Virus record (IMG/VR): IMGVR_UViG_3300020037_003256
Span: 64,001 to 128,000 of that record
DNA: 64,000 nt
Strand: one strand, 5' to 3'
DNA from: a virus
Taxonomy: Duplodnaviria; Caudoviricetes
The position numbers were made by a program, and so were the translations under genes. Shown here piece by piece: positions 48,192 to 56,836 of the stretch; within the stretch, counting starts at the first letter, position 1, and each line of letters begins with the position of its first letter. Below the pieces are notes generated by a model, which worked only from the letters and a program-made list of their open reading frames with translations, was not told where the DNA came from and ran no database searches.

Positions 48192-48440
48192 TTAGCCAGC
48201 CGCTTTGGTCTTTTTGGCCTTACGGTCCGCAGCTCTTTGTGCGTTTATCATTTTTAAGGCCTCCTGCTTCGAGTACTCCGGATCTGCAATTTTATGCGCC
48301 ACCACTTCGTAACCGATAACATGCCACCTATACAAATACAGAACGTTGATACCTGGTAGAATTCCACGACGCGTACGCATCGTATTGATGGTAACCATGT
48401 AATTACCACGAGTCACACAGGTGCCGACTTGCGTTATCAT
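48192..48440 (-). CDS. small basic hypothetical protein (not an array member)
   Basis: AAGGA SD before MITQVG. Confidence 0.6.
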   Translation of the reverse strand: MITQVGTCVTRGNYMVTINTMRTRRGILPGINVLYLYRWHVIGYEVVAHKIADPEYSKQEALKMINAQRAADRKAKKTKAAG

Positions 48441-48451
48441 AGCTTGGTCCT

Positions 48452-48904
48452 TTATGTTCGAACTAAAGTTGATTCGACGTACTCGGCTGCCTCGGCCCAA
48501 GTACCTTGCAGAAATACGGCAAAGCGATGCGGCACGGTTCTTACGTCACAACTTGCGTCATGTAGCGTACAGACTAAACCACCAGACAGCGTGTAGAACC
48601 GAAATACTTCATGTCTGGAACAGAAGACATCGCGAAATGTGACCAAGTCGCTTTTCAGTGCCAAGCTGGCAATCGCGATCGCATGTGTGCTATCGCCAAA
48701 GTTAGGATTCAGCAAAGTTATACGCAGCTTTTCAACGGGTATCTTTGCACCCCAGTGCTCTACTTCCAGAGCTTGCACGCTTTCGAATGCGAGTTCGTCG
48801 TATCCGCTGTTACGCGGCAATTGCCGCTGCAACGCGTTGCAAGAGGTACGCATGATGTGTTCTATAGTCAAAGGTAACCACCTAGTCCGCCAGTACTCGG
48901 TCAC
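48452..48904 (-). CDS. array paralogue 9
   Basis: RTSCNAL, GTWAE. Confidence 0.75.
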   Translation of the reverse strand: MTEYWRTRWLPLTIEHIMRTSCNALQRQLPRNSGYDELAFESVQALEVEHWGAKIPVEKLRITLLNPNFGDSTHAIAIASLALKSDLVTFRDVFCSRHEVFRFYTLSGGLVCTLHDASCDVRTVPHRFAVFLQGTWAEAAEYVESTLVRT

Positions 48905-49371
48905 TTTTGGGTTCTCCTCGCATAAAAGTCGTGAGCCTCTAACCAGTTCCCAAACACAATTGCGTCAGTTCCGTAAGGGTCAACAGGGCAGTCTCGTAGC
49001 CGTCCGCTTACATCTGTGAATGCGCATATAACACGATTTTCATGAATTAGCCGCAACGTTCTCTTGGTAAACTCGCTACAAAGTTGCGGACCGAAAAACG
49101 AGATCTTGTCTTCTACGGTCTCGAATCGGCTATATATTCCTACCACCCAATCAGGCTGCCATACCACCGGGCTTAAAACGACGTTCGAAACAGGTGTGCA
49201 GCGCAAATCGCATTCCAGCACGAGTGTCACACCCTTCGGACATACGAAATCGTACACCAGTTCTACGCCATGTCCCCATCTTCGCGTCTCTCCCGCAGGT
49301 ATCAGCACGTTGTAGGTGGTCGTAGAAAGATACTTTATGGCGTCCTTGTACGTCTCGTACTCTGTGGACAT
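48901..49371 (-). CDS. array paralogue 8
   Basis: TTTYNVL, GNWLE. Confidence 0.75.
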   Translation of the reverse strand: MSTEYETYKDAIKYLSTTTYNVLIPAGETRRWGHGVELVYDFVCPKGVTLVLECDLRCTPVSNVVLSPVVWQPDWVVGIYSRFETVEDKISFFGPQLCSEFTKRTLRLIHENRVICAFTDVSGRLRDCPVDPYGTDAIVFGNWLEAHDFYARRTQK

Positions 49372-49404
49372 ATGTAGTTCCTTTCAGAAGTTATGCTGTA
49401 AGCA

Positions 49405-49836
49405 TCACACACCTGTAATGCGCCGCCACGCCACGATACTTGCGGCTTCGAACCAGATCGCCTCGAAACCTAGGTAACAATCAAACCGCTGTGCAGGACT
49501 AGCTCGGCGCAACGTGCAGACAGGACGACCGTTCGTCACCAACACACGCAACGTTCTATCACTACCGAGGTGCATGTGTTTCAACGCCAGATCACAAAGT
49601 CCCACGGCGGGAAAGCGTAAGTACGCGCGAACAACGTATCTTCGCATGTCCAATTGCACTTGTTCGAGCTGCGTGGCGAATCCGTCCAATTCCACTAGCA
49701 GCGGTACGGATAGTTTGGTTGCGAAATCGTATGTGCCCTCCTTACCGATTGACCGAATCATAAGGGCATCAAACGACGTGCGTACGAGGTAATCTTCCAT
49801 GTTCTCGTCTAACCCGTTACTGCGGCGGTATTTCAT
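49405..49836 (-). CDS. array paralogue 7
   Basis: RTSFDAL, AIWFE. Confidence 0.75.
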   Translation of the reverse strand: MKYRRSNGLDENMEDYLVRTSFDALMIRSIGKEGTYDFATKLSVPLLVELDGFATQLEQVQLDMRRYVVRAYLRFPAVGLCDLALKHMHLGSDRTLRVLVTNGRPVCTLRRASPAQRFDCYLGFEAIWFEAASIVAWRRITGV

Positions 49837-50317
49837 ATTTCCTCCTATGTGCGTCACGCTCTAACCACACCCCCACAAACGAGAATTCGCTGGGATCTGG
49901 GTCTGGCCAAATCGACAATAGAACGTCACAAAACGTTGCAATAACGTAGCCGTCTGCAATTAATCTAAGCAAATTTACGTCAGGATGCCCCGAGTTAGAC
50001 CGACTTTCCGTAAAAGCGCGATGGCCGCAAGAAAACGCCAGCCAATCCGCCGATTTCTCGTAGCTTCCAGCTCGGTTAACGTGAACACAGGTATACGTGA
50101 GCTGATAGTCATGCTTTACTAAGCTCAGCATCGTAACGTCGCCCATAGGCATGATTACTCCATCTGCGTCAATAACTATCGCTCGTGTTTCTTTACGAAG
50201 TCGCATGACCGGTAGATATGTTAACGCAGACTGGTTTGATTTTTTATTGCTTGGCGGCTCAAGAAAGCCATGAGAAGTGCGTACGATATAATCCGAGAAA
50301 CTCTCGTTAGGTGTCAT
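49817..50317 (-). CDS. array paralogue 6
   Basis: RTSHGFL, GVWLE. Confidence 0.75.
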   Translation of the reverse strand: MTPNESFSDYIVRTSHGFLEPPSNKKSNQSALTYLPVMRLRKETRAIVIDADGVIMPMGDVTMLSLVKHDYQLTYTCVHVNRAGSYEKSADWLAFSCGHRAFTESRSNSGHPDVNLLRLIADGYVIATFCDVLLSIWPDPDPSEFSFVGVWLERDAHRRKYEIPPQ

Positions 50318-50861
50318 ATTCCTGGCGTGGCTCCTTTACGAATCTCGCCTTATATTTGAAAAATGATTCACATTCTTTCCACTCACCTATAATTCGCAAC
50401 GTCACACGGTCTGTTATTGACCGCCACAGGCGTACGCCTGCGTTCGTTAATGTGAAAACAGTCCTATCCCCGTCTAGAACACGGCAAACCGTGGTAATCA
50501 CTTCTGCCGGGCGTAGGCTATCCGTACGTTCTCTGTCTTGAATACCTCGACATTTTTTGAGGTCTAGCGGTTCCAACAATTCGAAGTCCACGACAGCAGG
50601 CTGCACTTGCATATGACAGTCGCCGTTTGGTGATAACCAAAGACAAGTGTACGTCTGCGAAGCAAGCAGCGGACTACTGTTTTGAAATATACAGTTCAGG
50701 GTTATGGCGGACGTTACACGTAAGTCGTCTACTTCAAGTTGAAACGATTTAGGACAGCTTTCCGGACGAGGTATGAAGTGAAGGATACCGCGTCTTTTGA
50801 TGTAGCCGTAGGTGGAACGTAACAAGTATTGCATGAACGTGCGGTGTGCGACTGGCTTCAT
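50307..50861 (-). CDS. array paralogue 5
   Basis: RSTYGYI, GEWKECESFF. Confidence 0.8.
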   Translation of the reverse strand: MKPVAHRTFMQYLLRSTYGYIKRRGILHFIPRPESCPKSFQLEVDDLRVTSAITLNCIFQNSSPLLASQTYTCLWLSPNGDCHMQVQPAVVDFELLEPLDLKKCRGIQDRERTDSLRPAEVITTVCRVLDGDRTVFTLTNAGVRLWRSITDRVTLRIIGEWKECESFFKYKARFVKEPRQEYDT

Positions 50862-50869
50862 ATTTGTAC

Positions 50870-51430
50870 CTAGGCAGGTTCCCTAATGAACTTTATTCCG
50901 TTACGAAAGAACGACTCACACTCAACCCAAGTGCCATGCACAATAATTGTCTGTTGAGGTCCGGGATGCCACGCAGACGTCCAACCGTTGTGGAAGAATA
51001 CGTCAGCCATTGTCGTAGTAATAACCGCACGATTACCGGCCATGAGCCTAACGACGTTCACCGGAGGGACCGTGGGATCGTTGGCGTTCACACCCTCTGC
51101 CAACACAACGTGCACACCAACAGGTACTGGTGAATACAGTGTGCCAACTACGTCCAACGACATAAAGGATAACTGTATGCCTTTGTGTGCCAAACTTTCG
51201 GCCAAACACGTGTAAACATTGCCAGGACGCAAAGAATGATCCTGACGCATACCCTTAAAGGAAACGTCAAGCGGAAATAACTGACCATCAAGTTCTAGCT
51301 GAAATTGCTTGGGACACTTTTCCGGATTGGGTCTAAACTCCAACGGGTGTCGTTCTTCAATGCATCCAAAAGCAGAGCGGCACAAATAGTCAATAAATAC
51401 TTCGTGTTTTTCTTTAGTTTTGATTTTCAT
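50870..51430 (-). CDS. array paralogue 4
   Basis: RSAFGCI, GTWVECESFF. Confidence 0.8.
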   Translation of the reverse strand: MKIKTKEKHEVFIDYLCRSAFGCIEERHPLEFRPNPEKCPKQFQLELDGQLFPLDVSFKGMRQDHSLRPGNVYTCLAESLAHKGIQLSFMSLDVVGTLYSPVPVGVHVVLAEGVNANDPTVPPVNVVRLMAGNRAVITTTMADVFFHNGWTSAWHPGPQQTIIVHGTWVECESFFRNGIKFIREPA

Positions 51431-52014
51431 TTGTCGCTCTTCGTAGGTAGGTGAATGTACTTAGCACCCGTCTGAAAGAATGATTCGCACTCTTTCCAGG
51501 TACCCTCTACACGTAAGCACGTGTAATTTGTTGCGTGGTACGTCATAAGATAGACTGCAGCGCCTGTCATAGTTATGACCGGATAATCACCGTCCACCAG
51601 CCTACAAATTTTCACTTTTGGGGCTCTGATCGCGCTGTCCCGATAACGATTCTCCGGATCGTCCGGGTTGTATACGTTTCTATGTCTACACCCTTGCGGC
51701 GTACCTAACACGGCAAGGTGCAAAAACGCAGTACGGATTCGCATACAATCAGCCGCGCGCCAATTCTCCAAGCAAGTGTATTGCGGCTTACCCGGTATGG
51801 TTGCATGCTCCTGATATATCTGCTCCAGCACCACGGGTAAATCAAACAGCTCACCATCTAGGTCGAATCTAAACCGCCTTGGCCAATCGTTTCTTGTGGA
51901 TTTGAAAGACAACCTGTTAGTTATATTCCAATCACAAGTCATGTAACCAAAGGCAGAGCGACACAAGTAATTAGTAAATGCGTCGTGGTCTGCGACCGTC
52001 TTGGGTTTTTTCAT
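51427..52014 (-). CDS. array paralogue 3
   Basis: RSAFGYM, GTWKECESFF. Confidence 0.8.
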   Translation of the reverse strand: MKKPKTVADHDAFTNYLCRSAFGYMTCDWNITNRLSFKSTRNDWPRRFRFDLDGELFDLPVVLEQIYQEHATIPGKPQYTCLENWRAADCMRIRTAFLHLAVLGTPQGCRHRNVYNPDDPENRYRDSAIRAPKVKICRLVDGDYPVITMTGAAVYLMTYHATNYTCLRVEGTWKECESFFQTGAKYIHLPTKSDK

Positions 52015-52019
52015 GGCTT

Positions 52020-52538
52020 TTACGAATTACCCTCAGCTTTAGGCGTGAAAAACTTATCTCGCTTATCTAGGTAACTACTTAACTCTTCCCATTTGCCAAA
52101 CAGCGTAATGTCTTGACAAACATACATATCTGCGGCATGACAACTCAGGCCCACATATGAAAGGTGCGGGCGACTAAACGTTGCAAAACACCTAGTACTA
52201 TTCCCCTCGAATAACCGCATGAAATCCACATCCTGTTTTTGTAACGTAGTCGTTACAACGCTCGGCATAACTGCGTCCTTTACGTGCACGCCCACGTATG
52301 GTGACCAAAGCAGATCTCTGTTACCTAAGTCGAACATGTCCACAAAACGTGTATCTAGGCGTACGTGTAAACCGTAACACAATATGCCTATGTTGCCAAA
52401 ACATTCTATCCGCACAGGTTGGCCGGTCTTAGAAACGTAAGCGAATTCTCGGTTGTTTGTGTACCGCAATAAGCCAAACGACGTCCGTTCCAGGTAAGGA
52501 ACAACAGTCTGTATTTCACGGATCCGCGCGTTCTGCAT
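52020..52538 (-). CDS. array paralogue 2
   Basis: RTSFGLL, GKWEE. Confidence 0.8.
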   Translation of the reverse strand: MQNARIREIQTVVPYLERTSFGLLRYTNNREFAYVSKTGQPVRIECFGNIGILCYGLHVRLDTRFVDMFDLGNRDLLWSPYVGVHVKDAVMPSVVTTTLQKQDVDFMRLFEGNSTRCFATFSRPHLSYVGLSCHAADMYVCQDITLFGKWEELSSYLDKRDKFFTPKAEGNS

Positions 52539-52980
52539 GTTTTGCTCCTGGGCTACACGATATACCTTCCAACCATTTTCCGTAAAAAGCGAAATGCTTC
52601 TTCGTCGTAGAGTTGCATAACATAGCATCTACAACCGTTGCGATATGAAAACCGGAACGGTAGAGACGCACAACAGCAGCATCGGTCTTCAACCATGTAT
52701 CGTGTTGAATACACAGGTACTGCCCCTTGGTGACCGCAATCCAATCACTGTCCGAACACGTTATCGGCGTAAGGGCTCCTACCACCGCATAAGTGCTCCC
52801 GTCCAACTCTTCTAATGTCAGCTGCGCATAAGAGACGCGAGGCACGTGCAGCCACATATCGTCCCATTGTATGTGTAAATCGCCACGCGTCGGATTAAAG
52901 AGTCCAGCCATGTTTTTTCGCGGATAGTCCAAGAGAAACAACGCGCCGTATGACGTACGAACTAGGCTTTCTTTTTCCAT
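52516..52980 (-). CDS. array paralogue 1 (first in transcription order)
   Basis: RTSYGAL, GKWLE. Confidence 0.8.
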   Translation of the reverse strand: MEKESLVRTSYGALFLLDYPRKNMAGLFNPTRGDLHIQWDDMWLHVPRVSYAQLTLEELDGSTYAVVGALTPITCSDSDWIAVTKGQYLCIQHDTWLKTDAAVVRLYRSGFHIATVVDAMLCNSTTKKHFAFYGKWLEGISCSPGAKHAERADP

Positions 52981-53009
52981 CAGTTCCCCGTTGTTAAATG
53001 TGCGTACGT

Positions 53010-53037
53010 AAAAAAACCAGGGATGTTACTCCCTGGT
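53010..53037 (-). terminator. intrinsic terminator after rimI
   Basis: ACCAGGGA-GTAACA-TCCCTGGT followed by a T run on the minus strand. Confidence 0.75.
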
Positions 53038-53059
53038 CTTATGGTTACTGCTTTAAGCC

Positions 53060-53557
53060 TCAAGCTGCTACAGCCTGCAGCACGTGTTCCATTACATAAG
53101 CGTCTTCACCGGATTCCGTGTAAAAGTCATGTAGCACGCTTGTAGCGACAAAATCACAGGCCTTGAAGAACAACTGAGCCACAAGATTGCTTTCCCGCAC
53201 GGCCACAGAGATTCTACGGTGCATATTTGGATCGTTTGAGAAACAGCGTAGTTTTCGAAGCAGCTTATTTATCATCTGCTGCCCTACACCTTTTCTTCGC
53301 TGCGTAGGGCACACAGCGAAGTTGTGCACGATAATCTCACTCTCTGCGATCCTGTAAAGCATGTAGCCAACTACTTTACCGTTACGTTCTGCGACCATAC
53401 CCAGGCACTTCGGTTGCCTGAGCATGGCTATGAAATCTTCTTCGGTCCACGGGAACTCAAAACTTTTAGACTCGATCGAAAGTACTTGTGGCACGTCTTT
53501 GCGTAACAACCAACGAATCGTATCAGCGGTCGGTTCCGTGGTCACGTTGTTCCTCAT
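53060..53557 (-). CDS. rimI: RimI-like GNAT N-acetyltransferase
   Basis: IE..SFEFPW..NFAV....RRKGVG..VRESN..AQLFF..F....L..FY....EDAYVM. Confidence 0.88.
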   Translation of the reverse strand: MRNNVTTEPTADTIRWLLRKDVPQVLSIESKSFEFPWTEEDFIAMLRQPKCLGMVAERNGKVVGYMLYRIAESEIIVHNFAVCPTQRRKGVGQQMINKLLRKLRCFSNDPNMHRRISVAVRESNLVAQLFFKACDFVATSVLHDFYTESGEDAYVMEHVLQAVAA

Positions 53558-53613
53558 TTTTGGATTTACCTGCGGACAATACGCCAGCAAGCATTGCAGA
53601 GCCTGTTGGCGCA

Positions 53614-55197
53614 TTAGCTGCTCATCTGCTTCATACGATCAACAGCACCATCTTGCATCTTGACCGTATATTCTTGCCGTCCAACCTTTTTACCTTTGAA
53701 ACCAGGCTTCTCTTCCATCTTGGCGCTAGACGCGGCCTTCACCAAACGCGCAGCCAAAATACCGCGTTGTTCGCCGTTAAGGTGCGGATATGCCACCTTA
53801 ATGGCTAGGCTCAATGGTTGCCCTTCAGCCACAGCTGCCTGCACTTTGCGAACAGCAGCTGCTTTTTCCAAAGGCATATATGCGGCCAGCTTATCCAGAT
53901 AAGTGCAGAAACGATTCGCCATGATTTCACGATAGCGTGCAGCTGCTACCTTAATCAGAGCTTGTCTCGCTTCTACCGAGAATGCGTCGGAAGAACGCAC
54001 TTCTTTCTTTTTCTTTCCCTTATTGCGACCTGCCAAGGCCCCGACACCCAAAGCCCCGGCCCCAATACCCCCAGCAGCGAGCAAGGCTTTCAAACCAGAA
54101 CTCATACCACCGCCACCACCTGCAGCAGGGGCAGCACCACCGCCTCCGGCAGCGGGAGAGCCACCTGCTGCGGGAGAAGCCCCACCACCGGACAATAACT
54201 TAGCAATACCGTCTGGTTTTGCAGAACCAGCTCCAGAAGCCACACCAGCCCCCGCAGAACCGCTTGCTCCAGCCGTAGGAGCATCGCTACCACCGAAGGC
54301 CGCGTTACCCATTAAGCTTGTGCCAAGTACCCCGGTACCCAACGTAGCATTACGGCCCGCCCGTGAACCCCCAAAGCGAGTTTGCCCCAACATTCGATCC
54401 AAAGCGTTACCTTTGACGATCGAATCCGATGCCCCAGCCAACGGTGCCAGATTTGAACCCACCGGCGTCGTGCGTCCGAAATAACCACCAGGTTCAGAAT
54501 TGGCTGTACCTCTCGCTGCGTTGTACGCATCCTTTATCTTTGCGATCAAGCCCTTAGCTTGTCCGCCTGGAACAAGTTCTCCGACAATAGGAGGCGCTTG
54601 CAGCCCGTCCGCAACCGTGAACGGCTCACCCGGCAGCCGGGGCGGATTAATTGCAGGAGGTACCGTGGAGGGAGAGCGGGTTGCAGTGCTCCGCTTACCC
54701 ATACGTATGATGTCTTTGAGTGTAGAGGTTAGCTCGTTATTTGCGGCAGCCTCGTCCATCTTACCTACTGTGCCGCCGTTCCTACGGTACATCTTCGCGG
54801 GCATTAATCGGTCCGGATCCGGAACCGAAGGCATAGACGGCGAAGAAGGCGCAGATGGTGTGGGTGCTGCCGATGACCCGGAAGAAGTCGGCTTAGGTGT
54901 TTTAGGTGCCTTGGGGATTACAGGCATAGTACGCTGCTTGGCAAAGTTGTTGGCTATGGCCGCGAGTTCTTCTGCGCTGCCTTTTACACCCTGGGCAAGA
55001 CCAGACGCCGCCTTAAGAAACTCCACGTAAATCGCAGGATTCGCGTATGCCGCTTTGGTGAAAGTATTCACAGACATGCCCGCCAAGTCTGCCAGCTGAT
55101 ACACCAAGGAGGTATCAATCTGGGTATCACTAGCGAGTTTCTCAACCAACAAATGGTCAGCGGCTTCGGCTGCCAATGCTTGAATCATAGAACCCAT
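53614..55197 (-). CDS. Gly/Ala/Pro-rich putative virion protein
   Basis: GGAGG SD; many KxA[AS] motifs; Gly-rich hydrophobic segments. Confidence 0.6.
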   Translation of the reverse strand: MGSMIQALAAEAADHLLVEKLASDTQIDTSLVYQLADLAGMSVNTFTKAAYANPAIYVEFLKAASGLAQGVKGSAEELAAIANNFAKQRTMPVIPKAPKTPKPTSSGSSAAPTPSAPSSPSMPSVPDPDRLMPAKMYRRNGGTVGKMDEAAANNELTSTLKDIIRMGKRSTATRSPSTVPPAINPPRLPGEPFTVADGLQAPPIVGELVPGGQAKGLIAKIKDAYNAARGTANSEPGGYFGRTTPVGSNLAPLAGASDSIVKGNALDRMLGQTRFGGSRAGRNATLGTGVLGTSLMGNAAFGGSDAPTAGASGSAGAGVASGAGSAKPDGIAKLLSGGGASPAAGGSPAAGGGGAAPAAGGGGGMSSGLKALLAAGGIGAGALGVGALAGRNKGKKKKEVRSSDAFSVEARQALIKVAAARYREIMANRFCTYLDKLAAYMPLEKAAAVRKVQAAVAEGQPLSLAIKVAYPHLNGEQRGILAARLVKAASSAKMEEKPGFKGKKVGRQEYTVKMQDGAVDRMKQMSS

Positions 55198-55272
55198 GGG
55201 ACGTAACCCTCCGTGGTTTACCTAACTTGTACTATTTAACCTCTGTATTATGCCGTATAGATCGAGTTGTGG

Positions 55273-56040
55273 CTAGACGTCCCAACCCCCTTGTGACCCT
55301 GGCTTTGTCAATTTGTGCCCGCGTATATCAAAATCCAACTCCTTCTGTGCGGGTTGAGGAATCTTAGGACGAACACACTGTACCATTACGGAGAGATACG
55401 ATTTAAGTGCTGGCAGCATCTTCGGATCTACAGGTCCCTTTACAGGCTCGCCACGAAACATATGCGCATCAATCCACTCAAACAAATAGCGTAAAGGGTC
55501 CTCTCCGTTTGGTGTTGTAAAATCGTTGGCGTCCTTGGAGTCTTTGTATAGCTTAGCCAGACCCGCATCCAAGCCGTGATACATGGTCTCCCGCATTATG
55601 TCGCGAAGCATTGTAAAGCACGAAGCGTCATCAACGGCAACTGGTCCACCAACTGGAGCCAGAACTGCCGTTGTTGCTGCAATCGTGCCATCTTCGAACG
55701 TGATGTTGTACGCCAGGTTGATCGTTTTGACCTTAGACGGAGCGTCTGGTCGTGGCCCTGTCGTGATATGGAACCAATGCTCGAATATGAATGCGCGACC
55801 AAACGGTGATACAACAAACGCCGGTACATCTTCAGCAAACGCCCATTCAACGTTGAATTTTGCAACCAATTCCGAGGTTTGGTCTGCGTTCCAGTTCTCC
55901 ACGATCCAGGCGATGAGTGAGCTAGGCGGTGTCTTGCTTCGCTCGTATTCGCCTTCCGGAATCGTGCTCCGAAACTTGTTAAACAAGTGCGTGAACATGT
56001 TGATAATAACCGACGTCATGTTTCTGTTGTCTTGTTGCAT
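55273..56040 (-). CDS. hypothetical protein
   Basis: 255-aa ORF. Confidence 0.7.
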   Translation of the reverse strand: MQQDNRNMTSVIINMFTHLFNKFRSTIPEGEYERSKTPPSSLIAWIVENWNADQTSELVAKFNVEWAFAEDVPAFVVSPFGRAFIFEHWFHITTGPRPDAPSKVKTINLAYNITFEDGTIAATTAVLAPVGGPVAVDDASCFTMLRDIMRETMYHGLDAGLAKLYKDSKDANDFTTPNGEDPLRYLFEWIDAHMFRGEPVKGPVDPKMLPALKSYLSVMVQCVRPKIPQPAQKELDFDIRGHKLTKPGSQGGWDV

Positions 56041-56049
56041 ATTTACCTT

Positions 56050-56481
56050 CTAGATTTTTAATTTACCGCTTCGCATTCCTTGCTGAGTTTCCTGCACTGG
56101 GTCTGCACCCTCGGTCACCCGTATTTCCGTAACGGGTTGCATAGTACCACGTACCTCAATCCCGGGGCAGACGGCTAAACGCACTCCGTTCGTTAACCGG
56201 ATCCCCAGGTTTTCATCAATAAAGAACGAATCCACGACGCGATTGTTTTCCAGGTAATTAGACGCCCAAGTGGCAAAATTGGTAGCCGGAGCGCGTGACT
56301 TAGCTGTTGCTAAGTCCACGGTAGCTCTCCGACTTTCAATACGCCTATTGATTTCCTCTTGGAGGTGTTCGCAGTACTTATCCCAGAGATACTGCATAAG
56401 ATGCGGAACACCGGCTTGCGTATATGCTTGTGAGTTGAATAAGTCGGAGCTTCCCACTTGCACAATGTTACCTGTCTGCAT
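56050..56481 (-). CDS. hypothetical protein
   Basis: 143-aa ORF. Confidence 0.7.
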   Translation of the reverse strand: MQTGNIVQVGSSDLFNSQAYTQAGVPHLMQYLWDKYCEHLQEEINRRIESRRATVDLATAKSRAPATNFATWASNYLENNRVVDSFFIDENLGIRLTNGVRLAVCPGIEVRGTMQPVTEIRVTEGADPVQETQQGMRSGKLKI

Positions 56482-56484
56482 AAG

Positions 56485-56781
56485 TCACCCTGTCGCGTCG
56501 TCTTGGTTATGTGGTGCGAATCTTGTCCTAACTTCCGTAGCAACCTGCGTAGCCCCTTGGGCTAATGTTTCGTCAGTGAGTCTACCAACAGCCGCACACA
56601 CTTCGCTGCTGGTCGGGTTATCCGGTAACTGTATCGTATGCTTACCAGAGGTTACAACGATAGGTACACCGCCCGGCACGGTTACCATCGCAAGTACGAA
56701 CATGGTAACACAAGGCTTAACGACTTCGTTATCCGGTTCTTGTGTGCTTTCGCATTCCGGGTCAACAACTGCGGACAACAT
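56485..56781 (-). CDS. hypothetical protein
   Basis: GAGG SD; fills the gap between neighbours. Confidence 0.5.
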   Translation of the reverse strand: MLSAVVDPECESTQEPDNEVVKPCVTMFVLAMVTVPGGVPIVVTSGKHTIQLPDNPTSSEVCAAVGRLTDETLAQGATQVATEVRTRFAPHNQDDATG

Positions 56782-56836
56782 AGGCTACCTCAGAAATGTT
56801 TTGAAACTAAGAATGGCCTCCTTGCCTTCCTGTCAG

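Larger units (their letters stand above)
28968..52980 (-). repeat. tandem array of 43 paralogous genes (RTSYGLL...GxWxE family)
   Basis: shared terminal motifs in 43 same-strand ORFs of about 140-210 aa, interrupted by 3 unrelated genes. Confidence 0.92.

Noticed and set aside
28968-52980. Array as integron cassettes, DGR targets or a CRISPR array
   Set aside because: Genes abut or overlap with no attC-like spacers, no integrase or reverse transcriptase is in the window, and there are no identical DNA repeats with spacers
28968-52980. Amber readthrough fusing array genes into a polyprotein
   Set aside because: At the TAG junctions checked the next ATG is out of frame; at 30558 and 31081 readthrough reaches TAA within six codons
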